Source of the DNA: Octopus bimaculoides
Lineage: Eukaryota
Reading direction: 5' to 3'
Length of the DNA stretch: 44,377 nt
Assembly (NCBI RefSeq): GCF_001194135.2
Contig: NC_068998.1
Coordinates: 33,664,692 to 33,709,068 of the forward strand
Below, one piece after another: positions 21,170 to 32,089 of this stretch. Position numbers and translations under genes: made by a program. The notes beneath the pieces were generated by a model. That model did not search any database, was not told the DNA's origin, and saw only the letters and a program-made list of their open reading frames with translations. Numbering within the stretch: position 1 is the stretch's first letter; every line of letters begins with the position of its first letter.

Positions 21170-22440
21170 CAGGGGTTGGACAAAATAATGATAACACCTT
21201 AAAATTTCAAAAAAAATTATTTTAATATGAGGTAGGACCGCCTTTGGGAGTAATTACAGCTTGAATTCTATGAGGTATGGACTCGTACAAAGTTTGAATT
21301 GTTTCCAAAGGAATTTTTGTCCATTCTTCAGCTAAAACAGTCTCCAGTTCTTGTAGTGGTGATGGTGGAGGATATCGACTCCTTACTTGTTTTTCTAAAA
21401 TGCACCATAGACGTTCAATAATATTGAGACCTGGGGACTGTGGTGGCCATATAAGATGTTCAGCTTCACTAGAATGTTCCTCGTGCCATTCAGTAACAAC
21501 TTTAGCTGTGTGAACTGGTGCATTATCATCCTGAAAGACTGCGTTTCCCACCAGAAGCAGTTCCACAACCATAGGATGAATTTGATCAGATAAAATGCTT
21601 AAATAGTCTTGACTATTAATTCTGCCATGAAGAGAAACCATTGGGCTGGCAGATTTCCAAGATATAGCACCCTGGATCATCACAGATCTTCCTCCATGTT
21701 TAACAGTTGGAAGAAGGCAGTCTGGGTCAAATGCTTCTTTTGGCTGTCTCCACACGTATACTCAGCTGGTGGTCGGAAATAAGGTAAAGGATGACTCGTC
21801 CAAGCAAATAACATTCTTCCACTGCTCTACGGACCAATTCTGTAGGCTTTTACTCCACTCTAAATGCTTTACAACTTTTGTTTTTGAAAGTAGTGGTTTT
21901 CTGATTGCAGCCCTCCCTTGAAATCCAGCTTTGTGCAGCTCCCTGTGAAAGTTTTTGGGGAAACTGGGTTCTCGAGGTGGTCATTAGACTCTGCAGTAAT
22001 TTTTGGAGCTGTACTTTTGTGATCCTTTCTAACAATTCATGTAAGAATCCGATGGTCCCTATCTGAAAGTTTCAGCTTTCTTCCAGAGTTTTGTTTCGAT
22101 GAGGAGGTTTTTCCCTCTTTCTTAAAGGCTGTCATTACTTTCGAGACAGTATTTCTTGATACACCAAACATTTCGGCTGTTTTCATTATGCTAGCACCTG
22201 CCAATCAAGCACCAACAATTTGGCCTTTTTGAAAGTCTTATAGATCTGTCATTTTAATGAATTTTAATTACCTTTTTCTGATGATAACTCAAAAGAAACA
22301 GCAATTTTAGCAAAACATATTTAACAACACTAATAATAAATCAAAAACATAAAAATAAACAAGCTTTTGACAGTTTTATAGATATTTCAAAAGTATGGTG
22401 CTATGATGCTAGGTGTTTCCATTATTTTGTCCAACCCCTG
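21170..22440 (-). mobile_element. Complete Tc1-family DNA transposon (1271 bp) with 30-bp TIRs and TA target duplication
   Basis: Left TIR CAGGGGTTGGACAAAATAATGATAACACCT; reverse complement of the right TIR CAGGGGTTGGACAAAATAATGGAAACACCT (2 mismatches). TA at 21168-21169 and 22441-22442. Confidence 0.96.
21222..22252 (-). pseudogene. Tc1 transposase pseudogene, DD36E catalytic spacing
   Basis: ATG 22252: MTDL*DFQKGQIVGA*LAGAS...FGVSRNTVS (HTH), CLDESSF (D1), FQDDNAP (D2), SPGLNIIE (E). 36 residues lie between D2 and E; several stops and a frameshift. Confidence 0.93.
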
Positions 22441-22466
22441 TATATATAAATGCTATAATATCCTAA

Positions 22467-22517
<51 letters not shown>

Positions 22518-22665
22518 CATACACACACATGCATACATGAATGCATACATACATACATGAATGCATGCATGCATACATACATACATACATGCATGCATGC
22601 ATACATGAATATACACACATACATACATACATACATATATACATACATACATACATACATATATC
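22441..22665. repeat. (TA)n followed by (CATA/CATG)n microsatellite
   Basis: Directly visible. Confidence 0.9.
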
Positions 22666-23993
22666 AGAACATTAATTCTAAAAGCACAATAATTGAACCA
22701 TATATTCATGGAAGTGAACAGTATTGTTATCCATCTCTTTCAATCTTAGTTCTGATATGCTGCAAACTTTGACAATGAATCTAAGATCTTATAGTGTGAA
22801 AATAAGAAATAACTTCATTGTCATTTCTGTATGGAATACTGGAGGCTAACCTGACATAATGTGTTTGTCTATCATACCACACCTTGATATTTTTCACACC
22901 AATATAAAAACAAAATATTCATGCAATATGCCAACTTACTAAAAGCATCTCTCTGAGATGCAACAAGAGTTTCTGAAGGAAAACAAAAATCACCATGCAT
23001 AAAACATTTATATCTTGGTCATTTGATTCTCAAAAGTAACTGGGATTGTGTATTAACATGACTAGTCATAAGTTACTATCTATATACACCTTTGAAATGG
23101 TAATTTTTTTAATACAATCTAGTATTTTTACAAGGGTTGATTATTACATATTTTTGATAGTTATTTTATGCAGCTGTTGAATTTGGTAATTTATTAATAT
23201 CTATGGAATACAAATAGCAAATAATGCCTATTCAGATATTTTCAAAATGGCTGTTGAATAATTCTTTGGTTTCCATTCATTAATGCTAAATTGTTTCTTT
23301 CCTCTCTTCAGTTTATTGATGTTCGACAGATTCAGTGTTCAGCCTCCTGAGAACAACAACTAATGTGAAACATGCGATGATTTCGTTTTAGAAATATATA
23401 CCTTGCCAAAGAACAAGAATTATTCATAAACACTATTTGAATTTTGTTTAAGGCTTGGTTTCTATCTTCTGGTCATATATGTATATAAACCATGCCACCC
23501 TGGGAGATGCACATTCAAAGATGATGATGATGAAGATATTTGATTATATGTATGTAGATTTCTTTCAGATTTATATAAAGTGTTTTTCCTTTGCTGAATT
23601 CAAGCTGATCATTAATAAAGTGCCAAAACTCTTTTGTTTAACACTACTCTTGGGATTTGGGGTTAGCTGAATTGGTAAATGTGTGCATTTGTGTGCATAT
23701 TGTATGCACCTATATCTGCTTTCATATGTGTGTGTGTGTACTTATGTATGTATGTGTGTATGTATATATATATGATTTTCAGTGAAACTTGACTACCGTG
23801 GGAATCTCGCTCAGTGTGAGGCAGTTATCTCCCCTGTCAGTGCATAGAAATGTGCTTCTTTGTGACTCTAAGGGTGTTTAACTCTTATTTCTAGCAATGT
23901 AGATACTACCCTGCACCATCAGTCACAATTAGTGACAACTGAAATTTTCCTTTTCGGTTTCATATTGCATATAGTCACCTTTATTATTACCAT

Positions 23994-24037
<44 letters not shown>

Positions 24038-24249
24038 GTGTGAGAGAGAGAGAGATAATGTTTTAACTGAAGAAGATTTTACATAATGGATGCATTTCCT
24101 ATTATATTAGTTTATCAGATCAAGATATCTAAACAAGAGTGCACAATGATTAAATCAGGTGTTGGCTTGACTGTAGGAAAGATAAGCCTGATTTCCATTC
24201 CGACCCCAAATGCCAGCTGATCAACCCCTCTAAAAGTGAAATAGGCATT

Positions 24250-25200
24250 ATTAGCAAGTGTATTTTCGATACATCAGAAGGCTACAGGGTTGACTTAATG
24301 GAAATGCAGTGCAGTTGCAATAGACTGGTTCTGCAGTATCGAGAATAAACGATTCACCCAGTTTGACATTGTTGACTTCTACCTTTCCATATCTAAGCCC
24401 CCTCCTCCTGAAGGCCCTAGCTTTTGCTTGATAATTTACCAGCGTTAGTGATCGTGATATCAGAATCATCATGAATGCCAGATGTCTCTATGGGGAGCTT
24501 TGACAGGCCCGACCTCGTTGGGTTATACATTTCAGATAACCTCAAGAGACGTACCCATCCACTTAGGTCGACATACTATAGGAACAATGGCCTGGCTATC
24601 GCAAGCCATATGAATGGCCACGCCATGGAAGGTTCAGGAAGAACTTGATAAAACGATTGAAAGAGTTTGGCCTGTCCATAACAGTTACTACCAACCCGAT
24701 TTCGGTCGATTTCTTAGACAAAACCTTAGACCTGAATACGGGCAAATACTACCCTTACAGGAAGCCTAATGATGAAATGCTATATATCCACAAGATCTCA
24801 ACCTCCCACTGTAAATAGAAACCTGGTTTCAGGCATTAGCAAACGGGTATCTGAACTTTCAGCTAATATGCAGATCTTTAACAGGGTCACCCCTCCCCCT
24901 CACTACAATGATGCTTTGGCTAGGAGTGGATTGTCTGAGAAGTTTGCGTGTGTAGATGAACCCCGATTCCCCTCTCCTCACCCAAGAGAATTAAGAAAAG
25001 GAAAATAATCTGGTATAACCCTCTCCCATTTAACCTAGAAGTTTCTACCAATGTAACCAGGGGCTTCCTGTCGTTAATAAACATTTCCCCAGAAGCCATT
25101 GGTATGACAAACTCTTCAACCCCCATAATGTCAAGGTAGACTACTCCTATTTAGACAGCATCACATCTAACATCGAACGCATCAAAACACGTAATAACGC
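24250..25200 (+). mobile_element. Decayed Penelope-like element reverse transcriptase fragment
   Basis: Frameshifted translation IDWFCSIENK...QFDIVDFYLSIS...IIMNAR...LVGLYI...YYRNNGL (decayed YRDDGL)...VDFLDKTLDLNTGKYYPYRKPN...KIIWYNP...KLFNPHNVKVDYS. Confidence 0.85.
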
Positions 25201-25399
25201 ACCCACACAAGTGTGCATGCATGCCTTCGTGTGTGTGTGTGTGCATGTGTGTGTGTGTAAGTGTGTATGTACGCAGATGTGTGAATGTACATCTAAGCAT
25301 ACATACACACTCGTATAAGTACTGATGTATACACAGATATATTGGCATATACATGTACATATATACATATATACCCCCACATCTACTGTCCCTTCCTAC

Positions 25400-25735
25400 T
25401 TACCACACAACCAATATCTTGCCCAACCCGCGGTCTATTTCCTCTTCACCACATGATTAATTTCCTGTTCACCATGTGGTATTTTCCATCTAACTGCTGT
25501 TGCTAAAATACTAAGATACATTAATACTGCACGGATCTTTCTCAACCAATTGCAAGCTAACATCCAGTAATAAACATTGACACTCTTCAGTTGATCTTTC
25601 ATTCAGACTCCAATGGCGGAAGACTAGCCACACACTTGAAACTCAGAGTACCGAGGTTTCTGAATCAAACTGTTTTGACCTATACATGTAACACCCAATA
25701 AATAAGTTGAGTGCCATTTCGTTTGTCTACTCACT

Positions 25736-25740
<5 letters not shown>
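25400..25740 (+). mobile_element. Probable PLE 3' pseudo-LTR ending at (TA)n, with a degenerate hammerhead
   Basis: cGGAAGA(25617-25623)...GAAA(25638-25641)-CTCAGAG-T-A: quasi-palindromic helix III with a GUA site, but U4 is mutated. Ends exactly at the (TA)n at 25741. Confidence 0.45.
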
Positions 25741-25772
<32 letters not shown>

Positions 25773-25774
<2 letters not shown>

Positions 25775-26924
25775 ATGTGTAAAGTAACAATTAAGAAAAA
25801 AACATTGGTTTCATATCTAACGTTAAATAAACATCGCTTCAGTTTCTCTAAATGATAACTGTTCTCTGCAAAGAATGTTTCTTTAAAACACAAGAACGCC
25901 GGTGATAGTTCAAGAAATATTCCTCTTTAAAAATTATGGCCGAGCGAGTTGTCTTCCTTCGTTTGATAGCGAGGTTTTCCAATTCTGAAGTAAAAATTTC
26001 CAAAAATGTAGACAACTCCCCATGGCTTCCATCGTGGAGTTCAGGTAGCCTCCTGGCTCATGTGAGTTCATAAGAATTATATATTTTTCTGCTATACACA
26101 ATTTACATAGTCTTGTTCCATTGCAATAGGGTCCACAAGTTTCCAGTAATTTCCACCAGATGTTAAAGGGTCCTTTAGGTGCCATGCATATGCTGCAAGT
26201 GTCATTGTGTTGCATCCCTCCAGGTCTCTGAAAGAAGATTTGTAGTTGTTCAGGCGAATTTTAAATTTGGATTCACAAGATCCAACATAAATTTTAGTGT
26301 GTGTCCCAGTGTTGGCATTGATGTTACTGATATTTATGCTGCTTCTGTTTGAGGCTAACTTTGCTTGCTACACTGTGGCCTCGGTGTTACATTCGCTGTC
26401 CACTGGGCATTCATTTCTAATCCTGCATGAACAACCTGCCTCCGTCCATGGTTTAAGAGTGCTATGTAATTTTGTCTTAAAATTGGGTGCACAACTGAAA
26501 GAGATTCTTAAATTATGTCTGTTAAAGATCTTTCTATATTTGTGTGATCGTGTGAAATGCTTATCAACCAACCTAAGAAAAATCTTACCTATGTATGTCT
26601 GGACATTTGGGGAGAAGTGGGGAGTGAACCATAAGGTCTTGCGGTGGCATTTCCTTTTATGGTTACTCAGTCCTGGTTTATATACTATATGGTCCTTGAA
26701 CCTGCTGGCTGCTAGCGCCTCATTGTAAGTGGGGGTCATTGCGTTGAAAATATCTTTCTTTGAAGATAAGATCGAAATCCGTTTACTGATACCTTTTATT
26801 AGGTTTTTGAGCACTATGGGTGGGTAGTAGGAGGCTGTATTCATGTATGTTAGCCTATCATTCAGTTTGCGGTATGGTCTGTAGGTGCAACTGTCTAAAT
26901 CAAACATGACATCCAAGAAGTTCA
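25773..26924 (-). mobile_element. Penelope-like element 3' part: RT thumb, cysteine linker, GIY-YIG endonuclease and 3' end
   Basis: VNFLDVMFDLDSCTYRPYRK...YPPIVLKNL...LWFTPHFS...KIFNRHNLRISFSCAPN...CSCRIRNECPVDSECNTEATV...IYVGSCESKFKIRLNNYKSSFR...RLCKLCIAEKYII...LNSTMEAMGSCLH. Confidence 0.9.
25793..25848 (-). ncRNA. Degenerate type I hammerhead motif at the 3' end of the left PLE arm
   Basis: GAGAAA-CUGAAGC-g-AUGUUUA/loop/UAGAUAU-GAAA-CCAAUG-UUUUUUUC; helix II intact, A9 mutated to C. Confidence 0.5.
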
Positions 26925-27840
26925 CCAGCAGGTTCAAGGACCATATAGTATATTCACCAGGATCGAGTAACCATAAAAGGAAATTCCACTGCAAGACCTT
27001 ATCGTTCACTCTCCACTTCTCCCTAAATGTCTTGACATGCGTTAGTAAGATTCTTCTTAGGTTGGTTGATAAGCATTTCACACGATCACACAAATATAGA
27101 AAGATCTTTAACAAACATAATTTTAAAATCTCTTTCATTTTGTGCACCCAATGTTAAGAAAAAATTACTTAGCACTCCTAAAACATGGACAGAGGCAGGT
27201 TGTTAATGCCCAGTTGACAGCTGATGTAACACCAAGGCTACAGTGTACCAAGAAAAGGTAACCTCAAATTGAAGCAGCACAAATATCTGTAACATCAATG
27301 CCAACACAGGGACACACACTCAAATTTATGTTGGATCTTGTGAATCCAAATTTAAAATTCGCCTGAGCAACCAGAGATCTTCTTTCAGAGTCCCAGAGAG
27401 ATGCAACACAACAACACCCACAGCATACGTATGGTGCCTAAATGACGATCATATGCCCTTTAACATAGGTGGAAATTACTGGAAACTTGGGGACCCTCTC
27501 ACAATGGAACAAGACTATGTAAATTGTGTATGGCAGAAAAATATATAATCCTTATGAACTCACATGAGCCAGGAGGCTACCTGAACTCCATGACAGGAGC
27601 TGTGGGGCGTTGTCCACATTTTCGGAAATTTGACTTCAAAATTGGAAAATCTAGCTGTGAAGCAAAGGAAGACAACTCGCTCAGCCATAATTTCTAAAGA
27701 GGAATATTTCTTGAACTGTCACTGGTGCACTTGTGTTTTAAAGAAACATTCTTTGCAGAGAAGTTATAGTTTAGAGAAACTGAAGAGTTGGCTAGATTTG
27801 AAACAAATGGTTTTTTTCATAAACTGTTACTTTACACATA
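26925..27840 (+). mobile_element. Inverted second copy of the same PLE 3' part (right arm)
   Basis: Reverse complement of 25773-26708 along its whole length; more frameshifts and an 18-nt deletion (catgcaggattagaaatg). Confidence 0.9.
27775..27818 (+). ncRNA. Degenerate type I hammerhead motif at the 3' end of the right PLE arm
   Basis: GAGAAA-CUGAAGA(27780-27786)-guuggcuagauuu-GAAA(27800-27803)-CAAAUGG-U-U-UUUUUC; core intact, helix II partly deleted. Confidence 0.5.
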
Positions 27841-28035
27841 GAAAAATAAACAACNNNNNNNNNNNNNNNNNNNNNNNNNNNNNNNNNNNNNNNNNNNNNN
27901 NNNNNNNNNNNNNNNNNNNNNNNNNNNNNNNNNNNNNNNNNNNNNNNNNNNNNNNNNNNNNNNNNNNNNNNNNNNNNNNNNNNNNNNNNNNNNNNNNNNN
28001 NNNNNNNNNNNNNNNNNNNNNNNNNNNNNNNNNNN

Positions 28036-28082
<47 letters not shown>

Positions 28083-28112
28083 CATATATATACATATATA
28101 TATATATATATT

Positions 28113-28957
28113 GAGGGTGTGATGGGTAAATTGTCACCATTTTATATTTATAATTTCGTGCATGCGCATTGTTTGTTTTTGAATTTGTCAACTACACAGT
28201 ATGGTAGGATCTGTTGGGCACCATCAGTGAGAAAAACATGACGCGATTAACTCTGTCAGAAATCTGGAAACGACATGCTCTACTGCTTGAAATTCATACA
28301 GGAACCTCCAATACGAATATTTCAGAATATTTTAGTGTCAATCTGAGAACAGTGTAATCTGAGGGCATGTACTGAGAGTGATAAAAATCAAGCATCCAGC
28401 CAACTTCATGGTGTTTGGAGTGATTGCTAATGATGGCGACGTTATGCTTCCATTCATCTCCCCATATGGTCTCAGACTCAACACAGAGGCCTACATCAAG
28501 TGCTTGAAGGAGGTAGTGCTTCCCTCGGTCAAGAAGGTGACTGCTGGAAGGAAGACCCTATGTCTGGCAACAGGACTCTGCACCATGCCACACAATCAGG
28601 AGAACCCAGTCATGGCTGTCAAACAATTTCTGTAACCACATCACCCCTAACATCTGGCCACCTAACTCCCCAGATTGCAACCCCCTTGATTATTATGTGT
28701 GAGGCACAGTTGAGTGAAAGACCTTGTAACACCAAAAATGAACTGAAGTCAAGGAATATGGCAGCATTCACCAACTTAAACAAGGATACCATCCAGAAGA
28801 GTTGCAGAAGATTCTGAAGTCATCTGGAGGCCGTGGTAGAAGCCAATGGCGACATTATTGAATAAATTTATTCTTTAGTATTTTAGGATATTTTTATGTA
28901 ATGTCAGAGTTATTTTCAATTTTGCTTAATGTAGATGATAGTTTATTCACTACACCC

Positions 28958-28959
<2 letters not shown>
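28113..28959 (+). mobile_element. maT (DD37D) transposon, internally deleted and inactive
   Basis: Imperfect TIRs (gagggtgtgatgggtaaattgtcacc versus reverse complement cagggtgtagtgaataaactatcatc). KHPANFMVFGVI...WQQDSAP...WPPNSPDCNPLDY with 37 residues between the last two Asp. Confidence 0.88.
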
Positions 28960-29008
<49 letters not shown>

Positions 29009-29499
29009 GCGTGCGTGCATGCATATGTACATATGTATGTATATATATATGTATGTATCACACTGGTCAGTGCATACACCAAATATCTCTGTGGATAGCA
29101 TTATGCTATCATTAAGTATCCTAAAGGAATGTCTATTTGTGCTTGAACAGCTTTGGATGGCAATACTTAGAAAAGTTATTCACAGACTCACTAAACTGAA
29201 TTATCTTGGAATATTTATTCTCTGTTTATGATTATTCATAACTTATTGCTCTTAACTTACTGTCCTTGGTTCAATGTAATGAGAGAGAGAGAAAAGATAC
29301 ATGTTGTTTATTGATTATCTCTTTTCTTTCTGTGCACTTAAATCTTTGATTTACATAGTGACATGGCTGAACTTATTTAAGAATCAACAAAAATAGCAAG
29401 ACAAAACTGACAGAGATCAACCTTGTGAATATATTATGAGGCTATGTGTTAAATGTAAGAAATGAAACCTCAAAAACTCCCTATCAATTATTAAGTGAA

Positions 29500-29790
29500 G
29501 TTGCATGGACAAGTAGTTAGAGTATTTGCCTAATGATCTTATGGTCATGAATTTGATTCTTGGTGGTGTGCTGTGCCCTTGAGCAGACACTTTATTTAAT
29601 GTTGCTTCAGTCCACTCACCTGGTAAAAATGAGTTGTACCCATATTTCACAGGGCCACACATTGTCTGTCATGCTGAATCTCCTTGAGAAATACATTAAG
29701 AGTACATGTGTTTGTGGAGTGCTCAGTCACTTGCACATTAATTTTTCAAGCAGGCTGTTCCATTAATCAGATCAACTGGAACCATTGTTG
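29500..29790 (+). mobile_element. Third SINE family copy (degenerate)
   Basis: ttgtgcccttgagcagacactttattt...cagtccactcacctggtaaaaatgag, a CORE/V-like central domain following an eroded tRNA head. Confidence 0.5.
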
Positions 29791-30249
29791 TCACAACCAT
29801 TGGAGTGCCAGTTATCAATCATTAAGATTATTTGCTTGGCCATTTCTGATTGAGTTGATTGAAAGCTATGTAAGGATTATTCCTTTAATTTCAATGTAAC
29901 GAAAGCAAATTACTATATAAAGATATACTTTCGATGGTAACAATCCACTATTTTTCAATTAATGATTGATTGGATTACAGATACTCGAAATTCTAACCAG
30001 ATGGTCAACTATCTGTCAACCTTGATTCATGGATACTAAACCATTGTACAAAGTAATTGTGACCCTACAAGCTATTCAACTAGTTTTTCTTACCTTTATC
30101 AATTTTATCAACATTGTTCATTCACACATATATATGCAAGTGCAGTTTTTTTGTGGCTCTGTTTCTCTCTGTGGATCATTAAGCTGTATTTTAATGCATA
30201 CTATCAGATATCTTCATATAGAAAATAAATTCTCAACCAAAACTATCCA

Positions 30250-30392
30250 ATGAACAGGAATGTGAAACTCTGAGTAACAATTTTTGTGATGTCTTTGCAG
30301 CTTTATTAATAAAGCATATTACTCTACCTCAGGTATTCAAGTAGTATTTTTTCCACCTTGTTTCGCATTTATGTGCTTACTCTGGTATAGAC
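30250..30392 (+). mobile_element. Probable PLE terminal remnant
   Basis: GAAA-CTCTGAG-T-A has the same helix III architecture as 25638, followed by ttaataaagcatattac; no intact CUGANGA upstream. Confidence 0.3.
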
Positions 30393-31604
30393 AAATAAAT
30401 ACATTCAGAGAAGAAGATGAAAATAAAGTTCCACTCAATAGTCTCTTCTAGCTTGCAATTTTGTATATTAGCAATGATTTTATTCATACTTATGATTCTG
30501 TTAGACATATTACATGTCTTCAAGACAAAATTGTACAAATGGTACAAAATTTATTAGGCTTTTAACGTATATTCCGAAAAGAATAAAAATATATAAGCAA
30601 AGGCCATGATGTTTAGAAATGTAAATGGCACATTTGTATTGGATCTTAATTAGCAGTAAACAGTTGGTTGAATAAAAGGCGCTGTAGGCTTTAATACACA
30701 GCTTATGAGTTTAACTATGGGTAGGGAGCAGGGATCAACAGTCAGATGTACAGGAAATCTATACCTGAGTGTAACTGCGATTAAGTTAATACTGACAAAG
30801 TCTTAGGTTGATATAGACATTTTCCTCCACTAGGATACAGCTACTCGTGTCTACCTCAAAACTGAAGAATGTTTTTACAGATTTAAAAAATTGATGAGCA
30901 TTAAGCCTACTTAATACACTTGTATTGAAAGTGAATGAGAAACAGCTAACTTTTGCTGTTTAAAAATATGTCAATCTACAATTAACTTGGGAATATTGAT
31001 TCACTGAAAATTATTGCAACCAAGCTATTCAGAAGTTGATTCAAGCTGAGCTTCATAGATATGTACAAAAATGAATAAATAAATAAGTAAATAAAAACCA
31101 ACAAGCATACACCCTTGAATAAATTTTTTTACCCATTTTTAATTTTCTGGCAAAATTTGCTTTCTTCATGATGCTGTGCAAATTTATGTAATTATTCTAA
31201 ATAAATTATTTTTCTAATTAGTAGTTTTTTTTCCATTGTCTACTGCAGTGCTTCTGGGTTTATAATTTTCATAGTTTTATTATTGGCAGCTAAACAATAA
31301 AATTTAGAGGAAATTGCATAGTGCAGGATCTTCTTGATATATATATATATATATATATATCTATCTATATATATATATACATTTATATACATATATATAT
31401 ATATACATTTATATACATATATNNNNNNNNNNNNNNNNNNNNNNNNNNNNNNNNNNNNNNNNNNNNNNNNNNNNNNNNNNNNNNNNNNNNNNNNNNNNNN
31501 NNNNNNNNNNNNNNNNNNNNNNNNNNNNNNNNNNNNNNNNNNNNNNNNNNNNNNNNNNNNNNNNNNNNNNNNNNNNNNNNNNNNNNNNNNNNNNNNTATA
31601 TATA

Positions 31605-31766
31605 GGCGTAGGAGTGGCTGTGTGGTAAGTAGCTTGCTTACCAACCAAATGGTTCCGGGTTCAGTCCCACTGCGTAGCAACTTGGGCAAGTGTCTTCTAC
31701 TATAGCCTTGGGCCAACCAAAGCCTTGTGAGTGGATTTGGTAGACGGAAACTGAAAGAAGCCTGTC

Positions 31767-31770
<4 letters not shown>
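31605..31770 (+). mobile_element. tRNA-derived SINE 5' half, ending in its internal (TA)n
   Basis: Closely similar to 15644-15808: A-box TGGCTGTGTGG and B-box GGTTCAGTCC. Confidence 0.9.
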
Positions 31771-31804
<34 letters not shown>

Positions 31805-32089
31805 GAAGCCTAACTGTGTTTATCTGAATTACTACCTCCATATCATTTGATTTGGCTTTTTTTATGTCCACACATGATACCATGAGTTTTGCCCTGGATG
31901 AAGAAGCTGGAGTTTAAGTTCAAATTCATTTGAGCACTACAATCTCTTTTCCACACTGAGCTTATCTAGCTCTCACTTATTGAGTGTATGTGTGTGTGTG
32001 TGTGTAAACACACAGAGGCACACACACACATATGTACACATGCACACAAATACACTCAGATGTAAAAGAATTGCAAGAACTGTAAGGCC

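Noticed and set aside
26297-27157. ORFs 26297-26728(+), 26885-27157(+) and the first about 75 aa of 26368-27147(-)
   Set aside because: Antisense or partial read-through caused by the inverted duplication; the true minus-strand homology starts at VNFLDV (about 26924).
30393-30570. Frame QINTFREEDENKVPLNSLF*LAILYISNDFIHTYDSVRHITCLQDKIVQM
   Set aside because: Internal stop, weak donor (GTACAA) and no recognised homology.
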